In this document: one piece after another, positions 30,710 through 40,350 of the stretch | Position numbering within the stretch: position 1 is the first letter of the stretch | Layout of the letters: each line of letters opens with the position of its first letter | Origin: a virus | DNA: 64,000 nt | IMG/VR virus record: IMGVR_UViG_3300032224_000970 | Span: 32,001 to 96,000 of that record | Direction: 5' to 3' (one strand) | Made by a program: the position numbers and the translations under genes | The notes under the pieces: model-generated | What the model was told of the DNA's origin: nothing | What the model saw: only the letters and a program-made list of their open reading frames with translations | Databases searched by the model: none

Positions 30710-32284
30710 ATGCAGATTTTTGGATTTGAGTTAAAGAGAAAAAAAGCTGGGTTGGATGTAGGGAGTGTTGTAACTCCCTCATCCGACGATGGCTCTACAG
30801 TTGTAGCCAGTGCTAGTGCTTATTATGGCATGGTTATGGACGTCGAAGGTGTCGTTAAGAATGAGAATGATTTAATTCGCAGATATCGCGAGGCAGCACA
30901 ATATGCTGACTGTGATGCAGCTATTGAAGATATTGTTAACGAAACGATTGTTACTGATGGTAATGATCAACCAGTAAAAATTAATCTTGATAAACTAAAG
31001 GTTGGCGAACCTATCAAGAAAAAGATACGTGAAGAATTTGATAATGTCTTGAGACTTTATAATTTTGATTACAAAGGTCATGACATTTTCCGCTCATGGT
31101 ATATTGACGGACGTCTCTACTACCAAATTTTGATTGATGACAATAACCCAAAAGCAGGTATTGTCGAGATGCGTTACATTGATCCTCGCAAAATTCGTAG
31201 GATTAAAAATGTAACAAAGGAAAGAACTCCATCAGGTGTGGAGGTTATAAAGGCAATAGAAGAGTATTTCCTTTATAACGATAAAGGTATTATGGAGCAA
31301 ACAACGCAGGGTGTGAAACTACCGATTGATTCTGTAGTATTTTGCAACTCTGGTTTAATGGATGCTAATACTGGAATGACACTTTCTGCATTGCATAAAG
31401 CAATCAAACCAGTTAACCAGTTAAAGATGATTGAGGATGCGGTAGTTATCTATCGTATTTCACGTGCTCCAGAACGTAGAGTGTTCTACGTTGACGTAGG
31501 TAACCTTCCAAAGTTGAAGGCTGAGCAATACGTTAATGATATGATGAACAAGTTTAGAAATAAAATTGTTTATGATGCAGTAACTGGTGAAGTACGTGAC
31601 AATAAGAAGCATCTATCAATGATGGAAGACTTCTGGATGCCACGTCGTGAAGGTGGCAAAGGTACTGAGATTACTACACTTCCAGGTGGACAGAATTTAG
31701 GTGATATTCAAGATATCGAATATTTCCAAAGAAAATTATACATGGCATTAAACGTGCCTATCTCGAGAATGATTCCATCGCAAGGTTTTAGCCTTGGACG
31801 TACTCAAGAGATTACTCGAGATGAAATTAAGTTTAACAAGTTTATTGTAAGACAACGTAAAAAGTTTGCAGCACTGTTTTCACATACGTTGCGTGTTCAG
31901 CTGGCATTGAAAGGTATTATTCGTGCAGATGAGTGGGAAGATATGGAACACTACATCGAGTATGATTATAACCAAGACAATCACTTCACTGAATTAAAAG
32001 ATAATGAATTGATGCAGACTAGGGTTTCTATGCTGCAGTTAGTTGATCCTTATGTTGGTAAGTATTATTCATCTAAGTGGGTTCGTAAGAATATCCTACA
32101 ACAGACTGATGAAGATATGGCTGAGATGGATAAAGATATGGATCAAGATAGGAAGAATCAAGTTGAACAAGCAGATCATGAAGGAATGATAGCTGGTGTT
32201 ACACAAACTGCTCAGCAAAATTATTTGCAGCAAAATGCGCCACCAGAAACACAAGAAGCACCTACAAGTAAACAGGAGAAATAA
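30710..32284 (+). CDS. gp20: Portal protein gp20
   Basis: LHKAIKPVNQLKMIEDAVVIYRISRAPERRVFYVDVGNLPK; EDFWMPRREGGKGTEITTLPGG. Confidence 0.96.
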   Translation: MQIFGFELKRKKAGLDVGSVVTPSSDDGSTVVASASAYYGMVMDVEGVVKNENDLIRRYREAAQYADCDAAIEDIVNETIVTDGNDQPVKINLDKLKVGEPIKKKIREEFDNVLRLYNFDYKGHDIFRSWYIDGRLYYQILIDDNNPKAGIVEMRYIDPRKIRRIKNVTKERTPSGVEVIKAIEEYFLYNDKGIMEQTTQGVKLPIDSVVFCNSGLMDANTGMTLSALHKAIKPVNQLKMIEDAVVIYRISRAPERRVFYVDVGNLPKLKAEQYVNDMMNKFRNKIVYDAVTGEVRDNKKHLSMMEDFWMPRREGGKGTEITTLPGGQNLGDIQDIEYFQRKLYMALNVPISRMIPSQGFSLGRTQEITRDEIKFNKFIVRQRKKFAALFSHTLRVQLALKGIIRADEWEDMEHYIEYDYNQDNHFTELKDNELMQTRVSMLQLVDPYVGKYYSSKWVRKNILQQTDEDMAEMDKDMDQDRKNQVEQADHEGMIAGVTQTAQQNYLQQNAPPETQEAPTSKQEK

Positions 32285-32286
32285 TT

Positions 32287-32475
32287 ATGAGTGAAGTTAG
32301 AAACTTAATCGATGCTATTAGCACTGGTGATGCAGTTGGAACTGAAGAGTCTTTCGGTGCTGCCATGGCAGAAAAGATTTCCGCAAAACTTGACGATATG
32401 CGTCAAGCGATTGCACAAACAATGTTCAATCATGCTGCAGAAGCTGATAACATTGAAACAGAAACTCAGGAGTAA
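32287..32475 (+). CDS. Prohead core protein gp67-like
   Basis: Small acidic ORF immediately after the portal gene (LIDAI..GD....F...M.EKI...LD). Confidence 0.6.
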   Translation: MSEVRNLIDAISTGDAVGTEESFGAAMAEKISAKLDDMRQAIAQTMFNHAAEADNIETETQE

Positions 32476-32479
32476 TTAA

Positions 32480-33055
32480 ATGTCAGATCTAATTAACGCT
32501 GTCGTTAAAGCATTGGACAATGCTCCAAGCACTTCAAATCAGTTCTCAGAAAACTGGGGTGCTGCGATGGGTGCAATGGCAGCTGCCCAGCATGCTAACT
32601 CTAAAGAAGAGAAAAAAGAAAAGAAGAAAGACGATGAGTCTAAAGAGATGAAAGAGGAAGACGAGTCTAAAGAAAAGAAAAAAGACGATGAGTCTAAAGA
32701 AAAGAAAAAAGACGATGAAGACGAAGAAGAGTTAAGTGAGGAAGAGATTCTTTCTACTATTTCTGAAATGTCTATTGAAGAATTGACTCAACTTACTGAA
32801 GAAGAGCAATCAATCGTTCTTGAAGTTGTAAAACTATACGGTAAAACTGGACCAGGAGAAACTGAAAAGCGTTTCCCTGCAAAACGTGAAGGTGGTCTAC
32901 ACACTGCAACTACTCAGGCGCATCGTGACACTACTGCACAAATTGCTAAAGCTGCTCGTAAAGCGAGACGTGCTGCTGGTAAGTCTGGCGTGATTCCAAA
33001 GAATCGTGAAGCCAGTGGCGCCAACAAAAGCATGTCTGTAACAAGATTCAAATAA
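32480..33055 (+). CDS. Highly charged prohead core/internal protein
   Basis: K/E/D repeats, L-x-E motifs and a basic C-terminus; lies between gp20 and gp21. Confidence 0.5.
   Translation: MSDLINAVVKALDNAPSTSNQFSENWGAAMGAMAAAQHANSKEEKKEKKKDDESKEMKEEDESKEKKKDDESKEKKKDDEDEEELSEEEILSTISEMSIEELTQLTEEEQSIVLEVVKLYGKTGPGETEKRFPAKREGGLHTATTQAHRDTTAQIAKAARKARRAAGKSGVIPKNREASGANKSMSVTRFK
32615..32720 (+). repeat. 27-bp in-frame tandem repeat (about 4 copies, KEKKKDDES)
   Basis: AAAGAAAAGAARAAAGACGATGAGTCT units at 32615, 32642 (degenerate), 32669 and 32696. Confidence 0.85.
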
Positions 33056-33056
33056 T

Positions 33057-33611
33057 ATGTACTTCGGACAGTTTTCAAAATCAATAAACAAGTCTATGGG
33101 TGTAGATCTCGTAGAGAGTATCTACTCCTATGGACATTTGATTCAGAGAACTGCTGATGATAAAATTCTAGTTGACAAAACTGAGACAGAGTTTAAGACT
33201 TTAGAAGAGGCAAGAACATTTATCAAGAATAAAAATTATTCAGATATACTAGAAGAAGAAGTCACGAAAGAACTATACGAAGATATAACTGATACACGTA
33301 TTGCTAATATCATTAAAGAATATCATAATGTCAAAGTAACAGATACTTTAATAGAAACATATATCGATCTTGCCTCTTCTAAAATCTTCACAGTTGATCC
33401 AGTAGTCCAAGAAATTCGTGCGTTAAATAAATCGGATAAAATTGTTGAGGGTAAGTTACACTACGAATTAAATGATGGTTGTGTAGTCGCAATAAATGAA
33501 GCTACACAAATTACACTAAATAATTTGTTACAGGGTCAACAAGAAATTATTGGGTACATGAGAGAGTCGAAAGATAACTTCCTTCATGTGCTTGAAAGAA
33601 TAGAGGAATAA
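33057..33611 (+). CDS. Hypothetical head-region protein
   Basis: 184-aa ORF tightly packed in the head operon. Confidence 0.6.
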   Translation: MYFGQFSKSINKSMGVDLVESIYSYGHLIQRTADDKILVDKTETEFKTLEEARTFIKNKNYSDILEEEVTKELYEDITDTRIANIIKEYHNVKVTDTLIETYIDLASSKIFTVDPVVQEIRALNKSDKIVEGKLHYELNDGCVVAINEATQITLNNLLQGQQEIIGYMRESKDNFLHVLERIEE

Positions 33612-33612
33612 A

Positions 33613-34074
33613 ATGGCTGTCACTAAAACCGTAATGAAAAATACGAACCAAGAGACCATTGTAAAAGTTACTGGTACTGCAGCTGCAGCTACTATTACTT
33701 TGAACAGTGATTGTTTGGCATCTACTCAGGCATTAACTGCAGGTGGAACTCCTACTGCAAACATCGTTGGAGTTATGGTAACTGGACTATTGAGTAGTTC
33801 TGTAACTATCGCAAGAAACAGCGCAACAGTTTTGTCATTCGCAGCAGAAAATGCTAGTAACTTTAATTTTGAAGGTAATGGGTTTGTTGAAACTACAGCA
33901 AATACATCTGACATTGTAGTTACTATTGCTGGCGCAGAAGCAACAGCTTACGTAACTATTCGCAAAATTGCTGGTTACTCTAGCAAGGTTGAAACTGCTG
34001 TTTATGGTGCTTATGATGATGTTACTCGTGTTGGTGCTTCTACCACATTGAGTGGTTCTCCAGATAAGGTATAA
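33613..34074 (+). CDS. Hypothetical beta-rich virion protein
   Basis: 153-aa Thr/Ala-rich ORF with GAGG SD. Confidence 0.6.
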   Translation: MAVTKTVMKNTNQETIVKVTGTAAAATITLNSDCLASTQALTAGGTPTANIVGVMVTGLLSSSVTIARNSATVLSFAAENASNFNFEGNGFVETTANTSDIVVTIAGAEATAYVTIRKIAGYSSKVETAVYGAYDDVTRVGASTTLSGSPDKV

Positions 34075-34077
34075 GCC

Positions 34078-34734
34078 ATGAGACTAATCAGAGAAGTTAA
34101 CGAATCTACTCAGTTTATTGTTGAGAAAGATCTCAGCGGTAAAGGTAAGAACTATTTTATTGAAGGTGTATTCCTTCAATCAGAATTACAAAATCGTAAT
34201 GGTCGCATGTATCCAGAAAAAGTTATGGATAAAGAAGTTGCTCGTTACATGAAAGAGAATGTAGATAATAATCGTGCATACGGAGAGTTGGGTCATCCTG
34301 ATACTCCATCGATTAATCTAGATCGTGTGTCCCACATGATTACCTCTTTGAAAAAAGAAGGTACAAACTATGTAGGTCGTGCAAAGATTTTAGAAACTCC
34401 AATGGGTATGATTGCTCGTGGTCTTTTAGATGGTGGAGCGAATCTTGGAGTTTCTAGTAGAGCACTTGGATCACTGAAGTCTAACAACGAAGGTGTTCAA
34501 ATTGTTCAAGACGATTTTATGCTGTCCACTGCAGCTGACATCGTTGCCGACCCTTCTGCCCCTGATGCTTACGTACGTGGTATTATGGAGGGCAAAGAGT
34601 GGGTTTTCGTTGATGGAAAGTTTGTGGAAAGACATATTGAAGAAGCAAAATCTTTTATTAGAAAGACTTCTTCACGTAACTTAGAAGAAGCGAAGGTTCT
34701 CGCTTTTCAAAGATTTCTGAGTAAAATCAGATAA
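34078..34734 (+). CDS. gp21: Prohead protease gp21
   Basis: IEGVFLQ...NRNGRMY; GELGHP; GVSSRALGSL; DIVADPSAPDA. Confidence 0.95.
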   Translation: MRLIREVNESTQFIVEKDLSGKGKNYFIEGVFLQSELQNRNGRMYPEKVMDKEVARYMKENVDNNRAYGELGHPDTPSINLDRVSHMITSLKKEGTNYVGRAKILETPMGMIARGLLDGGANLGVSSRALGSLKSNNEGVQIVQDDFMLSTAADIVADPSAPDAYVRGIMEGKEWVFVDGKFVERHIEEAKSFIRKTSSRNLEEAKVLAFQRFLSKIR

Positions 34735-34737
34735 ATA
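34731..34737 (+). promoter_or_regulatory. Putative late promoter for gp22-gp23
   Basis: Tandem ATAAATA ATAAATA upstream of the AGGAG SD. Confidence 0.6.
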
Positions 34738-34774
34738 ATAAATAATATAGAACTTATCCAGTTAGGAGAAAACG

Positions 34775-35809
34775 ATGTCAATCGAACAAAAAATCGCTGA
34801 AATGCTTGCCGAGTCTCGTGCGAAAGAATTAGACGAAGCTAAATTTGCTGGTGCCGAAGGTGGTCAAGATTCTGGTAAAGATGGTGCACAGGCTGGAGAT
34901 AAAACTCCAATCCGTAGTTCATCAAACAATGTTCCAGCATCTAACCCAGAAGCAAATCCAGCTAACGCAAAGAATAACGTCCAAGATGAAGATGAAGCTG
35001 CAAATGCTACATCGAAGAAAGGAAACCCTGCTACTGCTTCCTCTGCAGCTGGAGATCAAACTCCAATTCGCAAAGGTGATGCTGTAAAAGGTGTTAAAGA
35101 AGATATTGATGCACTTATGAATGGCGAAGAACTTTCTGAGGAATTCCGTCAGAAAGCTACTACTATTTTTGAAGCTGCAGTAATGACACGTGTTAATGAA
35201 GAATTAGCACGTATCGAAGAAGAATTCGATTCCAGATTGCAAGAGGCAATCGAAAAGAATAAAGAGGGTCTTGTTGAACAGGTTGATGGATATCTCGACT
35301 ACGTTGTCGAGCAGTGGATTGCACAGAATGAACTTGCCCTTGAGCGTGGTATGAAGTCTGAAATTGTTGAAGGTTTCATCAGTGGTTTGAAAGGTCTCTT
35401 CCAAGAGCACTATATCGATATTCCTGAAGAGAAATTCGATGTACTTGGTGCACTAGAAGAACAAGTCGCTACTCTTGAAGAGAAACTAAACGAACAAGTC
35501 GCTGTTAACGTCGAGATGAATAAAACACTTGGCGCACTAAAGCGTTCTGAAATCGTTTCTGAGATTAGCGAAGGTCTAGCTGACACTGAAGTTGAAAAAC
35601 TAAAAGGTCTAGCAGAAGAACTTTCATACGAAGATGAAGAATCTTTCAAAGTTAAAGTTCAAACTATTCGTGAGAACTACTTCACTACTAAAGCACAAGC
35701 AGATATTAAATCTGTTGTAACTGATGCTCCTGTTGACCAATTGACTGAAGAGGTAAAACTCGATCCAGCGATGGCTGCATACACTAGCATCCTTAACCGC
35801 AACAAATAA
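34775..35809 (+). CDS. gp22: Prohead core scaffold gp22
   Basis: LSEEFRQKATTIFEAAV; VDGYLDYVVEQW; GLKGLFQEHYIDIPEEK. Confidence 0.93.
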   Translation: MSIEQKIAEMLAESRAKELDEAKFAGAEGGQDSGKDGAQAGDKTPIRSSSNNVPASNPEANPANAKNNVQDEDEAANATSKKGNPATASSAAGDQTPIRKGDAVKGVKEDIDALMNGEELSEEFRQKATTIFEAAVMTRVNEELARIEEEFDSRLQEAIEKNKEGLVEQVDGYLDYVVEQWIAQNELALERGMKSEIVEGFISGLKGLFQEHYIDIPEEKFDVLGALEEQVATLEEKLNEQVAVNVEMNKTLGALKRSEIVSEISEGLADTEVEKLKGLAEELSYEDEESFKVKVQTIRENYFTTKAQADIKSVVTDAPVDQLTEEVKLDPAMAAYTSILNRNK

Positions 35810-35824
35810 TTAAAAGGAAATAAA

Positions 35825-37117
35825 ATGACAATTCGTCAAGATCTAGTTAAAAAATGGGCACCTGTGCTTGAGCACGAAGGCGCAGCCCCAATCAAAGATC
35901 AGTATCGTAAAGAAGTTACTGCTGTTCTTTTGGAAAACCAAGAACGTGAAATGCGCAAGCAAACTGAAGCTCTTTTCGAAGCTGCTCCAGCTAACGCTGT
36001 TGGTTCTTATGGCGACACTGGCGGTTTCGCTAAGTTTGATCCAGTATTGATCAGCTTGGTTCGCCGTGCAATGCCACAACTTATTGCGTATGACATCGCT
36101 GGCGTTCAGCCAATGACTCAGCCTACTGGCTTAATCTTCGCAATGAAGTCACGTTATTCAACACAAGGTGGTACTGAAGCATTGTTCAACGAAGCTGACT
36201 CTGCATTCTCAGGTACTGGTACTCAAACAACTCCATTTGACTTCGGTGGTTCAGAGACTACTGGTACTGGTGTTACTACTGCTGCAGGTGAGCGTCTTGG
36301 TCAAGGTGGCGTGGGTGATGGTTCTTTCGGTGCTATGGCTTTCTCAATCGAGAAAACTAGCGTAACTGCTAAGACTCGTGCTCTAAAGGCTGAGTACTCA
36401 ATCGAATTGGCACAAGACATGAAGTCTGTTCATGGTCTTGACGCTGAAGGCGAATTGAGCAACATCCTTTCAACAGAGATCCTTGCTGAGATCAATCGTG
36501 AAGTTGTTCGTACTGTATATGCAACTGCTAAGGCAGGTGCTGCTGTTGGTACTACTACTGCTGGTACTTTTGACCTAGACACTGACTCTAATGGTCGTTG
36601 GTCTGTTGAGAAATTCAAAGGTCTATTGTTCCAAATCGAACGTGAAGCCAATGCGATTGGTCAACAAACTCGTCGTGGTCGTGGTAACTTCATCATCACT
36701 TCAGCTGACGTTGCGTCTGCTCTAGCGATGGCTGGTGTTCTTGACTATGCTCCAGCATTGTCAACTAGCCTAAATGTTGATGATACTTCTACTACTTTCG
36801 CAGGTGTTCTAAATGGTAAGTACAAAGTGTATGTTGACCCATATACTTCAAACGTAAGCGCAACTCAGTATTTTGTTTGCGGATACAAAGGTACTTCAGC
36901 ATTTGACGCTGGTCTATTCTACTGCCCATACGTTCCACTACAATTGGTTCGTGCAGTTGATCCTAACAGCTTCCAACCAAAGATTGGTTTCAAGACTCGT
37001 TACGGTCTAGTTGCTAACCCATTCGTTAACTTGGACGATGGTACTAGCGGTGAGGATAACCTAACTGTTAATGCAAACTACTACTACCGTCGTGTTAAGG
37101 TTACTAACCTAATGTAA
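35825..37117 (+). CDS. gp23: Major capsid protein gp23
   Basis: KWAPVL; LISLVRRAMP.LIAYD..GVQPM..PTGLIFAM; AFDAGLFYCPYVPL; FQPKIGFKTRYG. Confidence 0.97.
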   Translation: MTIRQDLVKKWAPVLEHEGAAPIKDQYRKEVTAVLLENQEREMRKQTEALFEAAPANAVGSYGDTGGFAKFDPVLISLVRRAMPQLIAYDIAGVQPMTQPTGLIFAMKSRYSTQGGTEALFNEADSAFSGTGTQTTPFDFGGSETTGTGVTTAAGERLGQGGVGDGSFGAMAFSIEKTSVTAKTRALKAEYSIELAQDMKSVHGLDAEGELSNILSTEILAEINREVVRTVYATAKAGAAVGTTTAGTFDLDTDSNGRWSVEKFKGLLFQIEREANAIGQQTRRGRGNFIITSADVASALAMAGVLDYAPALSTSLNVDDTSTTFAGVLNGKYKVYVDPYTSNVSATQYFVCGYKGTSAFDAGLFYCPYVPLQLVRAVDPNSFQPKIGFKTRYGLVANPFVNLDDGTSGEDNLTVNANYYYRRVKVTNLM

Positions 37118-37158
37118 TCGTTAGGTTGGCTACTAAGCCGACATAGAAGCGGTACTTT

Positions 37159-37186
37159 AATGGGGATCTTCGGATCCCCATTTTTT
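37159..37186 (+). terminator. Rho-independent terminator with cUUCGg tetraloop
   Basis: AATGGGGATC-TTCG-GATCCCCATT followed by TTTT. Confidence 0.92.
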
Positions 37187-37192
37187 ATTCGA

Positions 37193-37199
37193 CTAAATA
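37193..37199 (+). promoter_or_regulatory. Putative late promoter for gp3
   Basis: CTAAATA directly after the terminator, 5 nt before the ATG at 37205. Confidence 0.55.
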
Positions 37200-37204
37200 A
37201 TCTT

Positions 37205-37738
37205 ATGGCTAATACACTTTCTTGTCCGATTCCAGATAACATCAACCCACTATCTCCGAATGGGTTTAATTTTGCTATACAGAAATTACCTGAGATGAGT
37301 TACTTCTGTCAGCAAGTAAACTTACCTGGAATTATTTTGGGTGAGCCAACTATCGCTAACCCATTTACAACACAACCACTTCCTGGCGAACACTTAACCT
37401 ATGATTCTCTGAATGTGCAGTTTTTGGTTGATGAGAATATGGCAAACTATAAAGCAATCTATAACTGGATTATTGCTTTAGGTTTCCCTAACAACTACGA
37501 TCAGTATATAAATTTTATCAATGCAGACCAACGTGGTCTAACTTCTGAATTAGCAAAGAACTATTCAGATGCATCTCTTGAGATACTTGGGTCAAATAAT
37601 CTTGCAGTGCAAACTGTTCAGTTTGTTGACATGTTTCCAACAACTCTCGATTCAATCGTATTTCAATCTACAAACAATGACGTAAATTACCTAGTAGGGA
37701 ATGCAACATTCCGCTACGGTTACTACAAATTTATTTGA
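37205..37738 (+). CDS. gp3: Tail tube terminator/completion protein gp3
   Basis: NPLSPNGF.F.I.KLP...YFCQ..NLPG; FLVDENM.NY..IYNWI; SDASL. Follows gp23. Confidence 0.85.
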   Translation: MANTLSCPIPDNINPLSPNGFNFAIQKLPEMSYFCQQVNLPGIILGEPTIANPFTTQPLPGEHLTYDSLNVQFLVDENMANYKAIYNWIIALGFPNNYDQYINFINADQRGLTSELAKNYSDASLEILGSNNLAVQTVQFVDMFPTTLDSIVFQSTNNDVNYLVGNATFRYGYYKFI

Positions 37739-37763
37739 CTTTTTTGCCAATTTGTAGTATAAT
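37735..37763 (+). promoter_or_regulatory. sigma70-type early/middle promoter for uvsY
   Basis: TTGACT-17 nt-TATAAT. Confidence 0.85.
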
Positions 37764-37787
37764 GTATACTACGAAAGTGAGGATATT

Positions 37788-38225
37788 ATGACGCTAGATG
37801 AAATTCAACAAGAGTGGGACAACGATTGCCAGATAGATGATAACTATCTCGGTGAGCAATCTACTGCTACTCCCAAACTGCATGCCAAGTACGTTAAGCT
37901 ACTTGTGAATGCTAAACTCAAACATACCAAACTTTCTGCTGATTACAGCATCCTACGTAAGAACAAGTTTCGTTACTATCGTGGCGAACTCTCACGTGAT
38001 GAGTTAACACAACTTGGCTGGGATCAGTGGCAAGGTATTAAACCAATCAAGAATGAAATGGATGAATTCCTAAAGGGAGATGACGATCTGCTTGTAATAG
38101 AGCAAAGAGTTTCATATCTCGAGACTATGATATATCTTCTTGAATCTATTCTTGGACAAATCAAAGCACGTGACTGGCAGATTAAAACTGGAGTCGAGTG
38201 GAAGAAGTTTCTAGCAGGGATGTAA
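37788..38225 (+). CDS. uvsY: Recombination mediator UvsY
   Basis: IQQEWDND..ID; PKLHAKY; YYRG; I..RDWQIK..EW.KF..G. Confidence 0.88.
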   Translation: MTLDEIQQEWDNDCQIDDNYLGEQSTATPKLHAKYVKLLVNAKLKHTKLSADYSILRKNKFRYYRGELSRDELTQLGWDQWQGIKPIKNEMDEFLKGDDDLLVIEQRVSYLETMIYLLESILGQIKARDWQIKTGVEWKKFLAGM

Positions 38226-39703
38226 TGGTAACGATAGAAAAATTAGATGAAGTATACATGCGAGTATTCAGCGACTCTAGTATTGAACAAGAACTTGCTG
38301 ACTTCTTTACGTATGAATATCCTGGAGCAAGGTTCACTCCGCAGTATAGAGCAAGACTTTGGGATGGTAAAGTACGTTTGTATGATCAAGTAAGAAAAAC
38401 TCTTTACGTTGGTTTATACAATTACGTACTAGAATTTTGCTCACGAAATAATTATGAAGTACAATTTAAATCGCAAATTGTATTCAGTAATGACATAACA
38501 AATGATATAGTTGAAAACTTTGCCAGATCTCTTGAACCACATGGTCGTGGTAAACCAATCGAGATACGTGACTATCAAATAGATGCAGTAACAACTGCTC
38601 TCGATAAAGAGAGAACATTACTTCTATCTCCAACTGCTTCTGGTAAATCATTTATCATATACACAACGATGCGTTGGCATCTTGACAAGGGGCGTAAGTG
38701 TATTATCATTGTTCCTACTACATCTCTCGTAGAGCAACTCTTCGCAGACTTTGAAGACTACTCATCGGTTAATGGTTGGAATACAGATTCTCACTGTCAG
38801 AAACTCTACTCTGGGTTTACAAAAGAATTTACACGTGATGTATTGATTACAACTTGGCAATCAGTATACCTGCAACCTAAAGCATGGTTCAAACAATTTA
38901 ATGTAATCTTCGGTGATGAGGCACACCAGTTTAAAGCCAAGTCTCTGACTACCGTAATGGAAAAGATGGATAATATTCGTTATCGCATCGGCACTACAGG
39001 AACTCTTGACAATAAGAAAGTGCATCGTCTAGTTCTTGAAGGTATGTTTGGTCCAGTGCATAAGGTAACTACTACCAAAGCATTGATGGACTCAGGAAGA
39101 CTCTCAACACTAAATATAACGTGCCTCATATTAAAATACTCTGAGGAGATTCGTAAAGCACAAAAGAACATGACCTACCAAGATGAAATGGATTTTATCG
39201 TATCCAATGAGGCACGAAACAAATTCATACGCAATCTGGCGGTGAAATCTAAAGGAAATACGCTAGTTCTTTTTCAATACGTTGAAAAGCATGGCAAAGT
39301 GCTATACGAACTAATCAAAAATAAAGCGCATGATGAACGTAAAATTTTCTTCGTATATGGTGGAACTGATACAACTGATCGAGAAGCAGTGCGTCATATC
39401 ACAGAAGGAGAGAGCGATGCTATTATCATTGCGTCGTTCGGGACATTTTCGACTGGTATCAATATACCTTCGATTGAGAATGTTATCTTTGCGTCTCCTT
39501 CAAAAAGTAAGATTCGCAATCTACAAAGTATTGGTCGTGGTCTAAGATTGAAGGATGGTAAGACTGCTTGCAATCTTTATGACATTGCAGATGATCTGCA
39601 CTGGAAGTCATGGAAGAACCATACTCTAAATCATGCAGCTGAACGCTACAAAACTTATGCCGAAGAGCAGTTTGAAATAAAATTAGTGGAGGTTACTTTA
39701 TGA
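38225..39703 (+). CDS. uvsW: DNA helicase UvsW
   Basis: WDGKVRL; RDYQ; SPTASGKS; GDEAH; FSTGINIP; LQSIGRGLR. Confidence 0.95.
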   Translation: MVTIEKLDEVYMRVFSDSSIEQELADFFTYEYPGARFTPQYRARLWDGKVRLYDQVRKTLYVGLYNYVLEFCSRNNYEVQFKSQIVFSNDITNDIVENFARSLEPHGRGKPIEIRDYQIDAVTTALDKERTLLLSPTASGKSFIIYTTMRWHLDKGRKCIIIVPTTSLVEQLFADFEDYSSVNGWNTDSHCQKLYSGFTKEFTRDVLITTWQSVYLQPKAWFKQFNVIFGDEAHQFKAKSLTTVMEKMDNIRYRIGTTGTLDNKKVHRLVLEGMFGPVHKVTTTKALMDSGRLSTLNITCLILKYSEEIRKAQKNMTYQDEMDFIVSNEARNKFIRNLAVKSKGNTLVLFQYVEKHGKVLYELIKNKAHDERKIFFVYGGTDTTDREAVRHITEGESDAIIIASFGTFSTGINIPSIENVIFASPSKSKIRNLQSIGRGLRLKDGKTACNLYDIADDLHWKSWKNHTLNHAAERYKTYAEEQFEIKLVEVTL

Positions 39704-40200
39704 TTAATACAGAAGGAAACTTTGTAATCATAAAACTTGTTTCTGGTGAACAGATTATGGCAACATTGACCAATGAAGATGATGCAATGATACAAATTGA
39801 CTATCCAATGCTCATTAGGCTAGTCCCATTTATGCAGGGTGGTAAAACACATGAACATGTGACTGCGTCGCCACTGTGTCAATTTTCTGAAGATAAACAC
39901 TTCAGTATCCCAAAAAGCACTGTTATATTTGTCAAGAAACTCCATCAAATGATCGTGCCACATTATACACGTTTAGTAGACGAACATGAAGCATCTGTTC
40001 TTGTGAGAAAAGAAGAGGATGGCTCCGTAAGTCAAATATCATTGAAGCCAGTGGAAGAGGAAGAAGAACCGATTACTGTGGAGGAAATTCGCAGAAGGAT
40101 TGATATGCTGGAAGCAATCGCTAATGCTCCCACTGTAAGAACCGAGGAAGAGAAAGAAGGTTATCGTTATTACATCGAAGGAAACGATACACTTAATTGA
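39700..40200 (+). CDS. Conserved T4-like protein between uvsW and gp55 (Sm-like N-terminus)
   Basis: IIKLVSGEQI.A motif, acidic C-terminus, usual position. Confidence 0.65.
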   Translation: MINTEGNFVIIKLVSGEQIMATLTNEDDAMIQIDYPMLIRLVPFMQGGKTHEHVTASPLCQFSEDKHFSIPKSTVIFVKKLHQMIVPHYTRLVDEHEASVLVRKEEDGSVSQISLKPVEEEEEPITVEEIRRRIDMLEAIANAPTVRTEEEKEGYRYYIEGNDTLN

Positions 40201-40225
40201 ATTTCTCATCAACCCTAACACTGTA

Positions 40226-40254
40226 AGTTTACTCGCTTGTCAAATAAAAGTAAA
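40226..40254 (-). promoter_or_regulatory. Putative leftward sigma70-type promoter
   Basis: Minus strand TTTACT-17 nt-TAAACT, with AG before the -10 as in several other promoters here. Confidence 0.45.
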
Positions 40255-40291
40255 ATAAATTTACACTTGCAAAAATGCAATAAAAATATAT

Positions 40292-40320
40292 TTGCTTTTT
40301 AATCAGTTATGTAGTATAAT
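40292..40320 (+). promoter_or_regulatory. sigma70-type promoter for gp55
   Basis: TTGCTT-17 nt-TATAAT. Confidence 0.75.
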
Positions 40321-40350
40321 GAATTTTGTTATTTGAAAGGATTGAATCTT

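Noticed and set aside
34892-35070. Short duplication in gp22 (AGDKTPIR / AGDQTPIR)
   Set aside because: A minor repeat in the variable low-complexity N-terminus of the scaffold, with no evidence of a separate function.
37085-37205. The gp23 stop sits in a hairpin loop (AACCTAA/TTAGGTT), and the frame stays open, in frame, into gp3, suggesting a readthrough fusion
   Set aside because: A strong UUCG terminator and a separate late-promoter core lie between the genes. An open stretch of about 29 codons can occur by chance, and TAA is a poor readthrough codon.
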